Below are positions 37,749 to 47,738 of a stretch of 64,000 nucleotides of DNA, in pieces; within the stretch, counting starts at the first letter, position 1; each line of letters starts with the position of its first letter. The notes under the pieces are model-generated. The model was given only the letters and a program-made list of their open reading frames with translations. It ran no database searches and was not told the DNA's origin. The stretch spans positions 96,001 through 160,000 of the forward strand of contig JAVZZH010000002.1 in assembly GCA_038885755.1 (NCBI GenBank), given 5' to 3'. The position numbers and the translations under genes were made by a program. Origin of the DNA: Candidatus Caldarchaeum sp. GTDB taxonomy: Archaea; Thermoproteota; Nitrososphaeria_A; Caldarchaeales; Caldarchaeaceae.

Positions 37749-38679
37749 GATGCGGGCGGCTAGGATAAAGACACCCACACCGCTCTCAAGCATCTTCTCG
37801 CCCAAGGTGGTGGAAAGCGGAAGGCTGAGGGATGACCCTGACAGGGTGGGGGCTAGGGGTGGAGGCTTCTCGTTCTTCCCCGGCGTCGACACAGACGTCG
37901 AGGTTGCTGAGGACGGTGATGGGGTTGTTGTGGAGGTCAACGGCGTGGCCGCTTCCTTCCCGCCCGCCGAGAGAGCCGTGGAGCTCGCTCGAAAAGCCTA
38001 CGGATTACAGGGCCGTGTGATAGTCAGGCACAGGATTCACGTACCCATAGCAACCGGGTTCGGCACAAGCGCGGCTTCAGCCCTCAGCGTCGCCCTAGCC
38101 CTCTCCCACCTAGCGGGCAAGCCCATGACCCTGCGTCAAGCAATCAAGCTAGCCCACTACGTTGAGCTGGACTGCCGAACAGGCCTGAACAGCGAGGCCG
38201 GGTTCGGGAAAACAGGCTTGGTCTTGGTGCTGCGTGAAGGCGGGCCCGACTATTCGTTGACCGATGAGATACCGCTTCCGTCACGTTGCAAGCTGGTCGC
38301 GGTCGTGGCGGGCCAGATGCCAACTCCCGACGCATTCCCTTCAACGGAGAGGCTTGTCCAGCTAGAGATGGTTGGAGACATGTTCATCGACAAGATCGTC
38401 CAAAACCCAACGCCGGACAACTTCCTAACACAGTCAAAAGCCTTCGCAGAGAGAGCGGGATTAGTGAGTCGAGATGTTCACGAGGTTTTCACGGTGATGG
38501 AGAAGCTTCCCACGATAGGCTTCGCCCAGAACATGGTGGGCCGGGCTGTTCACGCACTAGTCTACGAAGAGGATGTGGAGAAGGTCGTCGCAACGCTGAG
38601 GAAACAGTTCCCGCACTACACCACGATCGTTGGAGACGTAGGCTCGTCGATAACCATCAATACCGTGAAAAAATATTAA
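37741..38679 (+). CDS. Pantoate kinase (GHMP family)
   Basis: GARGGG, PIATGFGTSAA.AL, AHYVE....TGL, R.GGP, QNMVG. Confidence 0.85.
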   Translation: MSRMRAARIKTPTPLSSIFSPKVVESGRLRDDPDRVGARGGGFSFFPGVDTDVEVAEDGDGVVVEVNGVAASFPPAERAVELARKAYGLQGRVIVRHRIHVPIATGFGTSAASALSVALALSHLAGKPMTLRQAIKLAHYVELDCRTGLNSEAGFGKTGLVLVLREGGPDYSLTDEIPLPSRCKLVAVVAGQMPTPDAFPSTERLVQLEMVGDMFIDKIVQNPTPDNFLTQSKAFAERAGLVSRDVHEVFTVMEKLPTIGFAQNMVGRAVHALVYEEDVEKVVATLRKQFPHYTTIVGDVGSSITINTVKKY

Positions 38680-38700
38680 AACACCCGCAACGCTTCAACC

Positions 38701-39081
38701 TTGTTGATAACGTACAGAAGGGCCCTTGACTTGGACGAGAGGGTTAGAAGCTTGGTTGAGAAGGCGGGCCTGCACCACATCGACCACAGCAGGGTTAAGT
38801 GTGTAAGGAGCTACGGCTCGTCTTCACGGACGATTGCGGCCCGCATACACTCGGTCTCGAAAGCCTTCCTAACAGCCTACGGCATGAAGCCGTCCTACGT
38901 CATCGAGTTCCTGTCGGAGGTCTTCGACAAACTGACCCCCGAGCAGCAGGACGAAGTAATCATACACGAGCTTCTTCACATCCCCAAGTCTTTCAGCGGC
39001 GGCCTGATCCCTCACGGAAGAATAGACTTCAGGAGAGAAACACGAGCTGTTAAGAATATTGTTAGGAACACTACCTCTTAG
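38701..39081 (+). CDS. Putative zinc metallopeptidase (HExxH)
   Basis: HID..RV.CVRS.GS...[20 protein letters not shown]. Confidence 0.75.
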   Translation: MLITYRRALDLDERVRSLVEKAGLHHIDHSRVKCVRSYGSSSRTIAARIHSVSKAFLTAYGMKPSYVIEFLSEVFDKLTPEQQDEVIIHELLHIPKSFSGGLIPHGRIDFRRETRAVKNIVRNTTS

Positions 39082-39499
39082 GCTTCTTGACCTCGCCGGT
39101 TACCAAAAGGTTTAGCGGGGCGTCGTTGACCATGGTGACCTTGTACCTCACTCCCGGCAGGTCTCCCATCGACTTGCCCATCGAGCCGCCGATCCCCTCG
39201 ACCAAAACCTCGTCATGCTCGTCGACGACGTTCAACGCACCGTCCCCCGGCAGAAAAGCCGTCACAACCTTACTGTTCTTGATAAGCTGAACACGCACAC
39301 ACTTCCGAACAGCTGAGTTGGGCTGTCTCGACTCTATGCCGACCTTCTGGATCACTATGCCCCTAGCCATGGGAGCGCCCTCTAACGGGTCGGTCTTTTC
39401 CTTGAGACCCAGCCGTCTAATTCGATACTTCCTGATAGCCCATCGAAACTTGTTCCTAACCTTCTTCAGATGCCTAGCCGCGTGTTCTCCTCGTCCCAA
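39071..39499 (-). CDS. rps12: 30S ribosomal protein uS12 (S12P/S23e)
   Basis: [55 protein letters not shown]. Confidence 0.97.
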   Translation of the reverse strand: MGRGEHAARHLKKVRNKFRWAIRKYRIRRLGLKEKTDPLEGAPMARGIVIQKVGIESRQPNSAVRKCVRVQLIKNSKVVTAFLPGDGALNVVDEHDEVLVEGIGGSMGKSMGDLPGVRYKVTMVNDAPLNLLVTGEVKKPKR

Positions 39500-39538
39500 G
39501 CCCGTCTCATTTTTTCGAGCGTCCAGCTATATTAGGGT

Positions 39539-40858
39539 TCATAGCTCGGAAGGGTTCCTCCTGAGAAGCCATTTCACGACGGCGTGCGAGAAAGCCCACG
39601 TACCCAGAACCATTACGGCCATCGAGTAGGCTGGAGGCAGGAGCGAAGCAGCTGTTTCGAACGAAAGAACTGTGATGGTCCTTGAGGCTATGAAGACGAC
39701 GGTGTTGAACGAGACGAGGAGGAGGAAGGCGGCGGCAGCTAGACTTTTCCCGCCGGCGGCGGCGAGCAGAACCGCGAACGTCATCATGTTGAGGGCCCCC
39801 GCCAAAAGCACCGAATCACCCGCGGAAAAACCCAGCGAAGCAGAGACAGCTAACGCAACAGATCCAGCTGGAACACCGTAGGTCAGGCTCGCCCGCCCCT
39901 CTAACCCAGCGTCCCTCCTAGCCATCGACATCCTGCATAGAATCATCGCCAAAGCCGACAAGCCTACTAAATGTAGGACGGCTTGAACCAGCTCAGCCGA
40001 CGTGTTGAGAAGCGGTTCTCCGACGAACAGGGCTAGAAGCTTTGCAGAAGCCTGAGGAAACGAGCCTCCAACAGCAACCACGCTTACGGCCAGAACAAGC
40101 AGGGCTGCTTCGAACGGTCTCGGAGCCGAGCTGTATCCGGCTGTCGAGAAGGCTAGGAAAACAGCGGGAAGTAGTAGGATGGACTCAAACTGGACGTCGA
40201 TGGCTGGCGGTGGTTCTACGGGTGAAAACGGTGAAAGAAGAACAGCTACAGCGAGCAGGATGATAAGCGAGAGATGGACGGGTGTGAGGGCTTCTACGAG
40301 CTTCTCAAGCGTCCCATGGCTGAGCGTCCCAACCGCATACGTCGCCAGAATCAAGACGATCAACGTAATGTCTGGAGTGAAGACCGCTCTCGAGACCGTG
40401 AAGCTTGTCAAAAGGCTAGACAACGACAAGACTGACGAAGCAACTAACGCGGGAAACTTACCGAACCTGTTGACGACTGCAACGTAGCAGAAACCTGCTG
40501 CGACGAACCCCAACACGACAACGGGGCTCACCCCTGTTAGAACGAGGCTCTGGAAGACAGCCACAAACAGCATTATCAAGCTCGTCAGCTGCACGGCTGA
40601 AAACTCCAGCGACCTTGTGAAGCCCATCCTCTCAGCCCTAGACACCAGAGGCATCATCAACCCCGCCGCCCCAACAACCATTACGAGGAGGACAGGCCAT
40701 GAGCTGGCCGAGGAGACGTGGGAGGCCGCTTGAGCAGCGAGGAAGAGGACAGGCAGGCTTCCGGCGAAGCCCTTCAACTCAAGCCTTCCACCGGAGGCCA
40801 GGTAGAACCCAGCCATCGAAGCGGTGAGACCGGTGAGCAGGATGACCAACGAATACAA
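39539..40858 (-). CDS. Polytopic membrane protein (about 13 TM), possible transporter
   Basis: Very hydrophobic 439-aa ORF directly downstream of sdhB; no family motif recognised. Confidence 0.6.
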   Translation of the reverse strand: MYSLVILLTGLTASMAGFYLASGGRLELKGFAGSLPVLFLAAQAASHVSSASSWPVLLVMVVGAAGLMMPLVSRAERMGFTRSLEFSAVQLTSLIMLFVAVFQSLVLTGVSPVVVLGFVAAGFCYVAVVNRFGKFPALVASSVLSLSSLLTSFTVSRAVFTPDITLIVLILATYAVGTLSHGTLEKLVEALTPVHLSLIILLAVAVLLSPFSPVEPPPAIDVQFESILLLPAVFLAFSTAGYSSAPRPFEAALLVLAVSVVAVGGSFPQASAKLLALFVGEPLLNTSAELVQAVLHLVGLSALAMILCRMSMARRDAGLEGRASLTYGVPAGSVALAVSASLGFSAGDSVLLAGALNMMTFAVLLAAAGGKSLAAAAFLLLVSFNTVVFIASRTITVLSFETAASLLPPAYSMAVMVLGTWAFSHAVVKWLLRRNPSEL

Positions 40859-40876
40859 CGGCGGGTATTCGTCAGG

Positions 40877-41599
40877 TCATCCTCTTAAAAAGAGTTCTCT
40901 CCTAAGAAGCTGGATGGCCAGCGCTGGGTCAACTCCCTTCGGACATACTTGGCTGCAGGAAGCTGCGAAATGGCATCTCAGGAGAGAGTGTCCGTTGCCC
41001 AACGGCTGCAGCCTCTCGGCGCCCCCCTCATCCCTCGAGTCTGCCAGATACCGGTAGGCTTGTGCAAGAGCTTGAGGGCCTAGGAAACTCTTATCGGTTG
41101 CGACGACGGGGCAGGCTGCGTAGCAGAGGCCGCATTTTATACAGTAGGCGAACTGTAGGAATTTTTCCACCTCCTCCTCCGACTGTGTGTAGGATGTGTT
41201 CGACCGTTCCTGCTCGTGGGTGTCTATTCTTATGAGGTAAGGCTTGACCAGCCTGTGTTTGTTGAAGAACTCTTCGAAGTCTGCAACGAGGTCTTTGATT
41301 ACGGGGAAGTTTCTGAGAGGTTCAACCACTATCGTCCGGCTCTTCAGCTCGTCTACTAATGTGTAGCATGCAAGCCTTGGAAGGCCGTTGATCATCATCC
41401 CGCACGAGCCGCAGGTCGCCATACGGCATGAGAACCTTATCGACAGAGTCTGGTCTAGCTTCTCCTTGATGTACAGTAAACCCTGCAGGACGGTCATCCC
41501 CCTAAAAACCGGAACCATGTACGTCTGGAAGGTTCTACGTCCGTCTCCTTCCGGGTTGAACCGGAATACCTTGAATTTAGCTTCCTTCAACAGCATCAT
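40877..41599 (-). CDS. sdhB: Succinate dehydrogenase iron-sulfur subunit
   Basis: SCRMATCGSC..LAC (2Fe-2S), CIKCGLCYAACP (4Fe-4S), CHFAASCSQVCP (3Fe-4S). Confidence 0.95.
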   Translation of the reverse strand: MMLLKEAKFKVFRFNPEGDGRRTFQTYMVPVFRGMTVLQGLLYIKEKLDQTLSIRFSCRMATCGSCGMMINGLPRLACYTLVDELKSRTIVVEPLRNFPVIKDLVADFEEFFNKHRLVKPYLIRIDTHEQERSNTSYTQSEEEVEKFLQFAYCIKCGLCYAACPVVATDKSFLGPQALAQAYRYLADSRDEGGAERLQPLGNGHSLLRCHFAASCSQVCPKGVDPALAIQLLRRELFLRG

Positions 41600-41603
41600 C
41601 TCC

Positions 41604-41957
41604 TCAAAGTTGATGTGCTATCAGGATTGTTCTCGTCCCGTAAACCACCAACGCAGCAGCGACGACGAACACCATGATGTTCACAGCTGTTGTGTAGGTC
41701 TTTCCTTGATAAAGCTCCTGTAGAATTACCCGCAGGCCGTTGAAGCCGTGGAAGGCCACGAGAACCAGCAGGGCCTCCAGAGAAGACGCCAGCAAAACAT
41801 TCCTGTACACGTTGAGAACTGCAAAGGGATGGTTGTCGAACTCCATGCTCTGATGGTACGGGCTCAGCAGGAATACCGTAGCCAGATGCACTCCTCCCGC
41901 TATGATTATTCCGAGGCCCGTGATGTAATGGATGAGCATTATGGTTTTTTCCTTCAT
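41604..41957 (-). CDS. sdhD: Succinate dehydrogenase membrane anchor
   Basis: HYITG, GVHL, FHGFNGLRVI..E; 3 TM with His heme ligands. Confidence 0.85.
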   Translation of the reverse strand: MKEKTIMLIHYITGLGIIIAGGVHLATVFLLSPYHQSMEFDNHPFAVLNVYRNVLLASSLEALLVLVAFHGFNGLRVILQELYQGKTYTTAVNIMVFVVAAALVVYGTRTILIAHQL

Positions 41958-42424
41958 AGCTGAAGCACCTTGAAGAAAACGTCTACAGCGTAGACCATGG
42001 CGACTACGGCTAGGATGACGCTCAGCCAGAAGAGAGCTCTCTGCGGCCTCGACATCGACGCAGCTCTGTACGGATACTCTGGCCGGCTGGGCTTGCCTAA
42101 AGTTATCCCGAAATGAGCTAGGAATAGCCTAACTCCGTTAACCGTGTGGAAGAAGATCATGAACGCCAACACTGCAAGCCCTGCGTCGAACAACGGGTTG
42201 GCGAGAAACGTCTTCGTCTCGTTCCAGACCCTCTCAGCGAACTCGTAGGGCGGAACGCTCCACACAGCCGCTCCCCCGACTACGTTGCCCGTCTCGACCA
42301 CGTGCGCCACAAAGTAAAGAGTTATCGCCACGCCTGAAACACGCTGCAGCGTGTAGCTCCACCGCTCCACCCCGTAGCGTAAGGGGACGAGCCATGTCTT
42401 CAAGGCGTTGACAAGCAAGCTCAT
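41954..42424 (-). CDS. sdhC: Succinate dehydrogenase cytochrome b subunit
   Basis: LQRVSG...YFVAH, FHTVNGVR; 3 TM. Confidence 0.88.
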   Translation of the reverse strand: MSLLVNALKTWLVPLRYGVERWSYTLQRVSGVAITLYFVAHVVETGNVVGGAAVWSVPPYEFAERVWNETKTFLANPLFDAGLAVLAFMIFFHTVNGVRLFLAHFGITLGKPSRPEYPYRAASMSRPQRALFWLSVILAVVAMVYAVDVFFKVLQL

Positions 42425-42426
42425 GG

Positions 42427-44166
42427 CTAATACTTCCTCTCAGTCGGAATGTACTCTGTTATGGTAGGACTAATATACTCTACTCTAGGACCGTCCGCCG
42501 AATAGTAGGCCAAAGTATGCTTGAGAAAGTTCACGTCATCCCTCTTCGGATAATCTATTCGTGCATGCGCTCCGCGCGACTCTCTCCGGTTGAGGGCGGA
42601 GACGAGTATTACCTCAGACACCTCCAGCATCATCTCAATCTCCAGAACGTTCATCAGGTTGGTGTTGTAGTACCTGCTGCTGTCGACGACTCCTCTAAAC
42701 ATACGCTGCTTTAGGCTTCTCAGGGCTGCGAGGCCTTCGAGCATCGTTTTCTCATCACGGTATATGTGGCATGTTCTCTCCATGGTCGACTGAAGCTCGT
42801 TCCTTATGTCGTACGGGTTTTCACGGGGAGCTTTGCCCAGCAACTCGTCGTAGATGTGCTTGCTCACCCGCTCGACTTCAGCCTTCGAGATCGTGCCGGT
42901 GTTGTGTTTCTCAGCCACGTATTCAGCGGCAGCCCTGCCGGTTATGGCTCCCCACACCAAGCACTCAGTCGTAGAGTTCGAGCCAAGCCTGTTGGCGCCG
43001 TTTATGGAGACGCAGGCCGCCTCCCCCGCAGCCCACAAACCCTTGATGACAGTAGCTCCCTCTAGGTTGGTGTCAACTCCACCCATGTAGTAGTGCGCCA
43101 CCGGCCTCACCGGAATCGGTTCGTTGACAGGGTCTATGCCTGCAAGCCTCATGCATATTTCCCTTATCCCAGCCAGCCGTGTCTTGATCTTCTCCTCACC
43201 GACCGCACGGAGGTCGAGATAGAGATGCTTCATCCCGTTTGGGCCCTCGACTCCACGGCCCTCGGCTATCTCCGTATACATGGCTCTAGAGACTATATCA
43301 CGTGGCGCAAGCTCCATCTTCTCGGGCGCATACCTCTTCATGAACCGCTCACCCTTAGCGTTGAGCAGTATTCCACCCTCTCCTCGAGAGGCTTCCGTGA
43401 TCAGTATGCCTGAGGGGACGAGCCCCGTGGGATGGAACTGCACGAACTCCATGTCTTTCAAGGGGGCTCCAGCACGGTAGGTGATGTACAGCCCGTCGGG
43501 TGTCGAGGAGTAGCCGTAGGTTGCGAAAGTGTAGAGACGCCCAGCCCCGCCCGTGGCTATGATGCCCGCCTTAGCCTCGACCGTGTGAAGCTTACCGGTC
43601 TTCAGCTCGAGAGCCACCAACCCCTTAAACTTACCGGCTTCAACGAGAAGCGAGACCACAGCCCACTCCGGAAAGAACTGAATGTTGTCATGTTTCAAAG
43701 CCGTGTCGTACAGAGTGCTCATCTCGAAAAACCCCACCTTGTCCTCGGCGAAACAAGCCCTTGGATAGCTCTGGCCTCCGAAAGACCTCTGAGCAATCTT
43801 CCCGTCAGGCCGTCGAGACCAAGGCATGCCCCATCTATCAAGCTGAAGAATCTCCTCAGGAGCCTTCCTTACAAACAGCTCCACAGCATCTTGGTCTGCT
43901 AGAAAGTCCGACCCCTTCACAGTATCGTAAACATGCGACTGGAATGAATCGCCTTCCTCGGGATAGAGAACAGCCGCCGTACCGCCCTCAGCGGAGACAG
44001 AATGGGAACGCATTACCTGAGTCTTTGTGAAGACTCCAACAGCCAGCTTGTTCCTACTCGTCCTGCTGGCCTCGATGGCTGCACGCAGCCCCGCGAGCCC
44101 GGAGCCGACGACAGCAACATCGACGCTGATATCGGCAACCATTTCGTATAAAACTTCACCGTCCAT
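42427..44166 (-). CDS. sdhA: Succinate dehydrogenase flavoprotein
   Basis: GSGLAG, RSHSVSAEGG (covalent FAD His), MEFVQFHPT, EASRGEGG, HYYMGG, GANRLGSNS, ESRGAH. Confidence 0.96.
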   Translation of the reverse strand: MDGEVLYEMVADISVDVAVVGSGLAGLRAAIEASRTSRNKLAVGVFTKTQVMRSHSVSAEGGTAAVLYPEEGDSFQSHVYDTVKGSDFLADQDAVELFVRKAPEEILQLDRWGMPWSRRPDGKIAQRSFGGQSYPRACFAEDKVGFFEMSTLYDTALKHDNIQFFPEWAVVSLLVEAGKFKGLVALELKTGKLHTVEAKAGIIATGGAGRLYTFATYGYSSTPDGLYITYRAGAPLKDMEFVQFHPTGLVPSGILITEASRGEGGILLNAKGERFMKRYAPEKMELAPRDIVSRAMYTEIAEGRGVEGPNGMKHLYLDLRAVGEEKIKTRLAGIREICMRLAGIDPVNEPIPVRPVAHYYMGGVDTNLEGATVIKGLWAAGEAACVSINGANRLGSNSTTECLVWGAITGRAAAEYVAEKHNTGTISKAEVERVSKHIYDELLGKAPRENPYDIRNELQSTMERTCHIYRDEKTMLEGLAALRSLKQRMFRGVVDSSRYYNTNLMNVLEIEMMLEVSEVILVSALNRRESRGAHARIDYPKRDDVNFLKHTLAYYSADGPRVEYISPTITEYIPTERKY

Positions 44167-44175
44167 AATTTAATG

Positions 44176-44376
44176 CTATTTGTCTTTCTTACTCCTCTTG
44201 ACACGTGTAAGAACTATGCGTCCCTTCCCAGGTAATACGACCATCTTCAACCTCTCACCTTCGCGGAAGACGAACTGGCTGTCCGAGCTTATCTTGGACG
44301 GCACGTGAATGTAGAAATAGGTTTTGCCGCTCAAGTGTCTCTTCTTCCTTAGAAAAACCGTCGCCACCAACGGCAT
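44176..44376 (-). CDS. Small AbrB/SpoVT-like DNA-binding protein
   Basis: 66 aa, basic; TYFYIHVPSKI..DSQFVFREGE.L.M pattern; 9 nt upstream of sdhA. Confidence 0.65.
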   Translation of the reverse strand: MPLVATVFLRKKRHLSGKTYFYIHVPSKISSDSQFVFREGERLKMVVLPGKGRIVLTRVKRSKKDK

Positions 44377-44472
44377 CTAGTCCTTTATAGTGGTGTTCAG
44401 TATCGTATATATGGATATCACACCCCCATCCGCATAATTCCTAAAATACACGGTTTACATCCTAAACCCGAA

Positions 44473-45396
44473 GTGCAGGCCGTTCTACAACAAACCATCT
44501 GCAGCCTCTGCAGAGACGGTAGAGCTGTCTACGCAAGAGTGTATTCAGGCGAGAAGCTTTGCAGAAAATGTTTCATCAAAACTTTCGAGAAAAGAGTTCT
44601 CCGGACAATAGCAAGGTACAGGCTTCTGAGGAGAGACGACCGCATAGCTGTGGCTGTTTCAGGAGGGAAGGACAGCTTGTCTCTCCTACAAGTGATGAAG
44701 AAGATAGAGTCGAGCTTTCCCACGGCTCAGCTATTCGCGGTGACGGTTGACGAGGGGATAGACGGGTACAGGGATGAGGCCCTTACGTTGGTCGAGCAGG
44801 CTGCCGTCAAGCTGGGCGTACCACTGGTCAGGACATCCTTCAAGGAGGTTTACGGCGTGTCGTTGTCCGAGATAATGTCCAGCACGGCTTTCCAGAGAAG
44901 CGGTCTCGCAGCGTGCAGCGTTTGCGGGCCTCTCCGCAGGAAAGCAATCAACGTTGCGGCGAAGAAGGCCGGAGCCACGGTCGTAGCCACAGCCCATACC
45001 TTGGATGACATAGTCCAGACATACATGCTGAAGGCTTTGAGAGGAGAGCTCGGAAGCTCCGAGGTCGGCCTCCGCTCCGACGGCCCCGCCCTGCCCAGAG
45101 TGGCGCCGTTCCGACTAACTCCTGAGAGGGAGGTGGTCTTCTACGCCTACTTGACCGGCGTACCGTTCCAGTCAATCGTGTGTCCTAACGCGTCCAACAC
45201 CATGCGGAGCGCAGTCAGAAAATTCCTCACAGAGTTCGAGGAGAAACATCCCGGCTCGCTGTTCGCGGCGCTCAAAAGCTTCGAACGAGCGCATGCAGCA
45301 GGAGGCAAAAACCTCCAGCTCTGCAAAGTCTGCGGAGAGCCAACGAGCCGTGAAACATGCCGGGTCTGCGAACTCCTCAAAACTATAAAGCCCTAG
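44473..45396 (+). CDS. tRNA 2-thiolation protein (Ncs6/TtuA, TIGR00269-like)
   Basis: CSLC..LC.KC Zn finger, PP-loop SGGKDS, VDEGI.GYR, CSVC, TAH.LDD, CP, C-terminal CKVC..CRVC. Confidence 0.9.
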   Translation: MQAVLQQTICSLCRDGRAVYARVYSGEKLCRKCFIKTFEKRVLRTIARYRLLRRDDRIAVAVSGGKDSLSLLQVMKKIESSFPTAQLFAVTVDEGIDGYRDEALTLVEQAAVKLGVPLVRTSFKEVYGVSLSEIMSSTAFQRSGLAACSVCGPLRRKAINVAAKKAGATVVATAHTLDDIVQTYMLKALRGELGSSEVGLRSDGPALPRVAPFRLTPEREVVFYAYLTGVPFQSIVCPNASNTMRSAVRKFLTEFEEKHPGSLFAALKSFERAHAAGGKNLQLCKVCGEPTSRETCRVCELLKTIKP

Positions 45397-45459
45397 CCTT
45401 GACCAGACGCCAGCCCTAGGAACGCCTCTAGTTGAAGATTAATCGGTAGGGGCTGGGCA

Positions 45460-45850
45460 GGGGTTCCGTGGCATTCTTGGCTGACACCCAGCCACTTACT
45501 CAGCTCTGCCTCAAGAGGTGTTTTCCCAAAACTCGTTCGCCGCTGGAGTTGTTTAACAACCATCTAGAGCATGCTTCTCCGCCGTCGCTGAATTTAACGA
45601 GCAAAACATGGAGATGGCTACCATGCTTGAAGCATGGGTATCGTCCAGATACACGCCACAAGGCTGCTGTGTTGAGGCTGGCGGGGATGCCGACAGCTAC
45701 ACGGAAGTGTTGATCTTGGCTGAGCCGGGTCTCTGGACAAGAAACTGAGCTAAAGATGGAGGTTGATGAGCTGAGGCCTTTCCAGACCTGTGCAGTGCCG
45801 CCGGATTTGTTCGAAGACCAGCATAGAGCGGTGCTTAGGTCTAGACCTAG
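45460..45850 (+). pseudogene. Degraded gene, possibly a metallophosphoesterase
   Basis: Scattered FLADTQ, HASP and (S)PGSL-like words across frames with stops; weak resemblance only. Confidence 0.25.
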
Positions 45851-45865
45851 TGGGGGGTCTTTGTG

Positions 45866-47038
45866 TCATATTTGGAAGAAGCCGAAGAAGCTGTAGGTCA
45901 TGGCGATGTTTGATATGAGCAGGGTAATGCAGAGGACGGCGGCCGAGTTCGCTAGCGCGAACACTCTCTTCGGGTCTTTAACGTATTTCTCTAGCACGGC
46001 TTTCAGAACTATGCTTCCGTCGAGCATGTATATGGGGAGCATGTTGAAGACCGCCACGCCTATAGATACAAGCTGCAGCCAGAAAAGAGTTCTGTAGAGC
46101 ATGTAGGCTGAAGTGGGAGGTATTCCCTGAAGCCTCGGCTGGAGGTATGTGTCCACCTGCGAAACTCCTAGCCCCCTTATCACGGAGCCCAGCGGAAGCT
46201 CCCTACCCCTCACCTCCGGGTTTGTCTCAAAAACGTACTCTCTCTCCAACGTCCTCACCTTCAGAACGTCGGTGATCGTTATGATTGACGCTCTAGCCGT
46301 GTAGCTGTTTACGGGAACGTCGTCGATGCTCACCAAAACCTCGTTGACGTTTATTCTCGAACCCTCCTCAACCTGAACAGCGATCAGACCAGCTTCCTGC
46401 GGCACAAAAAACAAGAACAAAGCCAAAACAGCCAGAAGACCGACGACCAAGTTGGCGAAAGAGCCGACGGCCGCCACACGTATCCTGACGCCGGGCGCAG
46501 AGGACTTGAAAGCCTGCTCATCAGGCTCCACGAACCCTCCGGGCACCACGAAGATGAAGAAAACACCGGCGGACCTGACTGGAAGCCCTTCACGTCGGGC
46601 GATTATGCCGTGCAGACCCTCGTGAGTTATCAATACGATGGCGAAGGCTATGAAGAGGTACGGCAGGTTTTCAAGCCTGATCGTGACGCCTATGATTAGC
46701 GGGATCACTATGTTCTGCCCACCGACCTGCTCGGGTCTGAAGAGATAGGTTGAGAGGTTTGTGCTTAGGATGTAGATGGCGAAAGCCATGAGGCCGAAGC
46801 CTGTTGCTACGGCCGCCCGTGAAACAGCATCCCAGAGACGGGGTGATTTCTCCATGATGACGTCCAGAGGCCTGGCTATCCGACGACTCCGGATGATGAG
46901 CAGAAGAGGGTAGAGTGAGACTGAAAGCTTCTCGTTAGTTTCGTCTCCGGCTGCAGGCTTCCTCCTGACGACCGTGTGTATGAGGTACGCCGCCACCCAA
47001 ACCACTGCAAGGGCGGCGATTGCGATAACTAGATCCAC
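45866..47038 (-). CDS. Site-2 protease (M50) intramembrane metalloprotease
   Basis: HEGLH, GGFVEPDE, GSFAN, FNMLP...LDG. Confidence 0.93.
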   Translation of the reverse strand: MDLVIAIAALAVVWVAAYLIHTVVRRKPAAGDETNEKLSVSLYPLLLIIRSRRIARPLDVIMEKSPRLWDAVSRAAVATGFGLMAFAIYILSTNLSTYLFRPEQVGGQNIVIPLIIGVTIRLENLPYLFIAFAIVLITHEGLHGIIARREGLPVRSAGVFFIFVVPGGFVEPDEQAFKSSAPGVRIRVAAVGSFANLVVGLLAVLALFLFFVPQEAGLIAVQVEEGSRINVNEVLVSIDDVPVNSYTARASIITITDVLKVRTLEREYVFETNPEVRGRELPLGSVIRGLGVSQVDTYLQPRLQGIPPTSAYMLYRTLFWLQLVSIGVAVFNMLPIYMLDGSIVLKAVLEKYVKDPKRVFALANSAAVLCITLLISNIAMTYSFFGFFQI

Positions 47039-47133
47039 TGTGTTGTTGTTTTCAGGGTTCCATATATATACTTGTGCGTGTAAGCAGTCTGAGAAGATAA
47101 GGATAAAGAGAGGGTTTAGGCTGAAAAGTTGAC

Positions 47134-47730
47134 GTGGAAGACCGTGGCTCGCCTAGGACGGGTGTAAAACTCGTATCGTACATAGCCCTTTACGTAATCG
47201 CCTCAGCCCTCGTCCAGTGGCTTCTCTTATCTCTGCTGCCGGCCCTCGGCCTCAACCTAGCCGACTACCTTGTCTACGCCCAGATACTCTTGGCTCTCGC
47301 TTTCGGCTACTTGATAGTCAGCTCCTTGAGCGAGCTGTTTTACTGGACTACTAAAATCAAGTACGGCCGTCCCACGGCTATGGCGGTCAGAAACCTCGTA
47401 AGAATTGTGGGGCTCGGAGCTCTCGCCGCATCGATAGCTGGTGGCGCGGCAGGCGGGGGAGCCGGCGTGGCTTTGGGAGGATTCATAGGTATAGTCATAG
47501 GATTTGCTTCGCAGCAGGTGTTGGGTCAGGCGGTCTCGGGCCTGTTTCTGCTTATCTCGAGGCCTTTCAAGGTGGGCGACCAAGTTGTGCTGGGCGGCGA
47601 CGAAGGAGTGGTGGAGGACGTGGCCACTTTGTTCACCGTAGTGCGGAAAAACGATGGAACGAAGGTCCTCATCCCCAACAACACGATAATAGGAGGCAAA
47701 ATCTACATTAAATCCGGGCAGCAGCAGTAA
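47134..47730 (+). CDS. mscS: Small-conductance mechanosensitive channel (short MscS)
   Basis: IGFASQ.VLGQ.VSG..L..SRPFKVGD.V, G.VEDV, DG..V.IPN. Confidence 0.85.
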   Translation: MEDRGSPRTGVKLVSYIALYVIASALVQWLLLSLLPALGLNLADYLVYAQILLALAFGYLIVSSLSELFYWTTKIKYGRPTAMAVRNLVRIVGLGALAASIAGGAAGGGAGVALGGFIGIVIGFASQQVLGQAVSGLFLLISRPFKVGDQVVLGGDEGVVEDVATLFTVVRKNDGTKVLIPNNTIIGGKIYIKSGQQQ

Positions 47731-47738
47731 AGCCAAGC

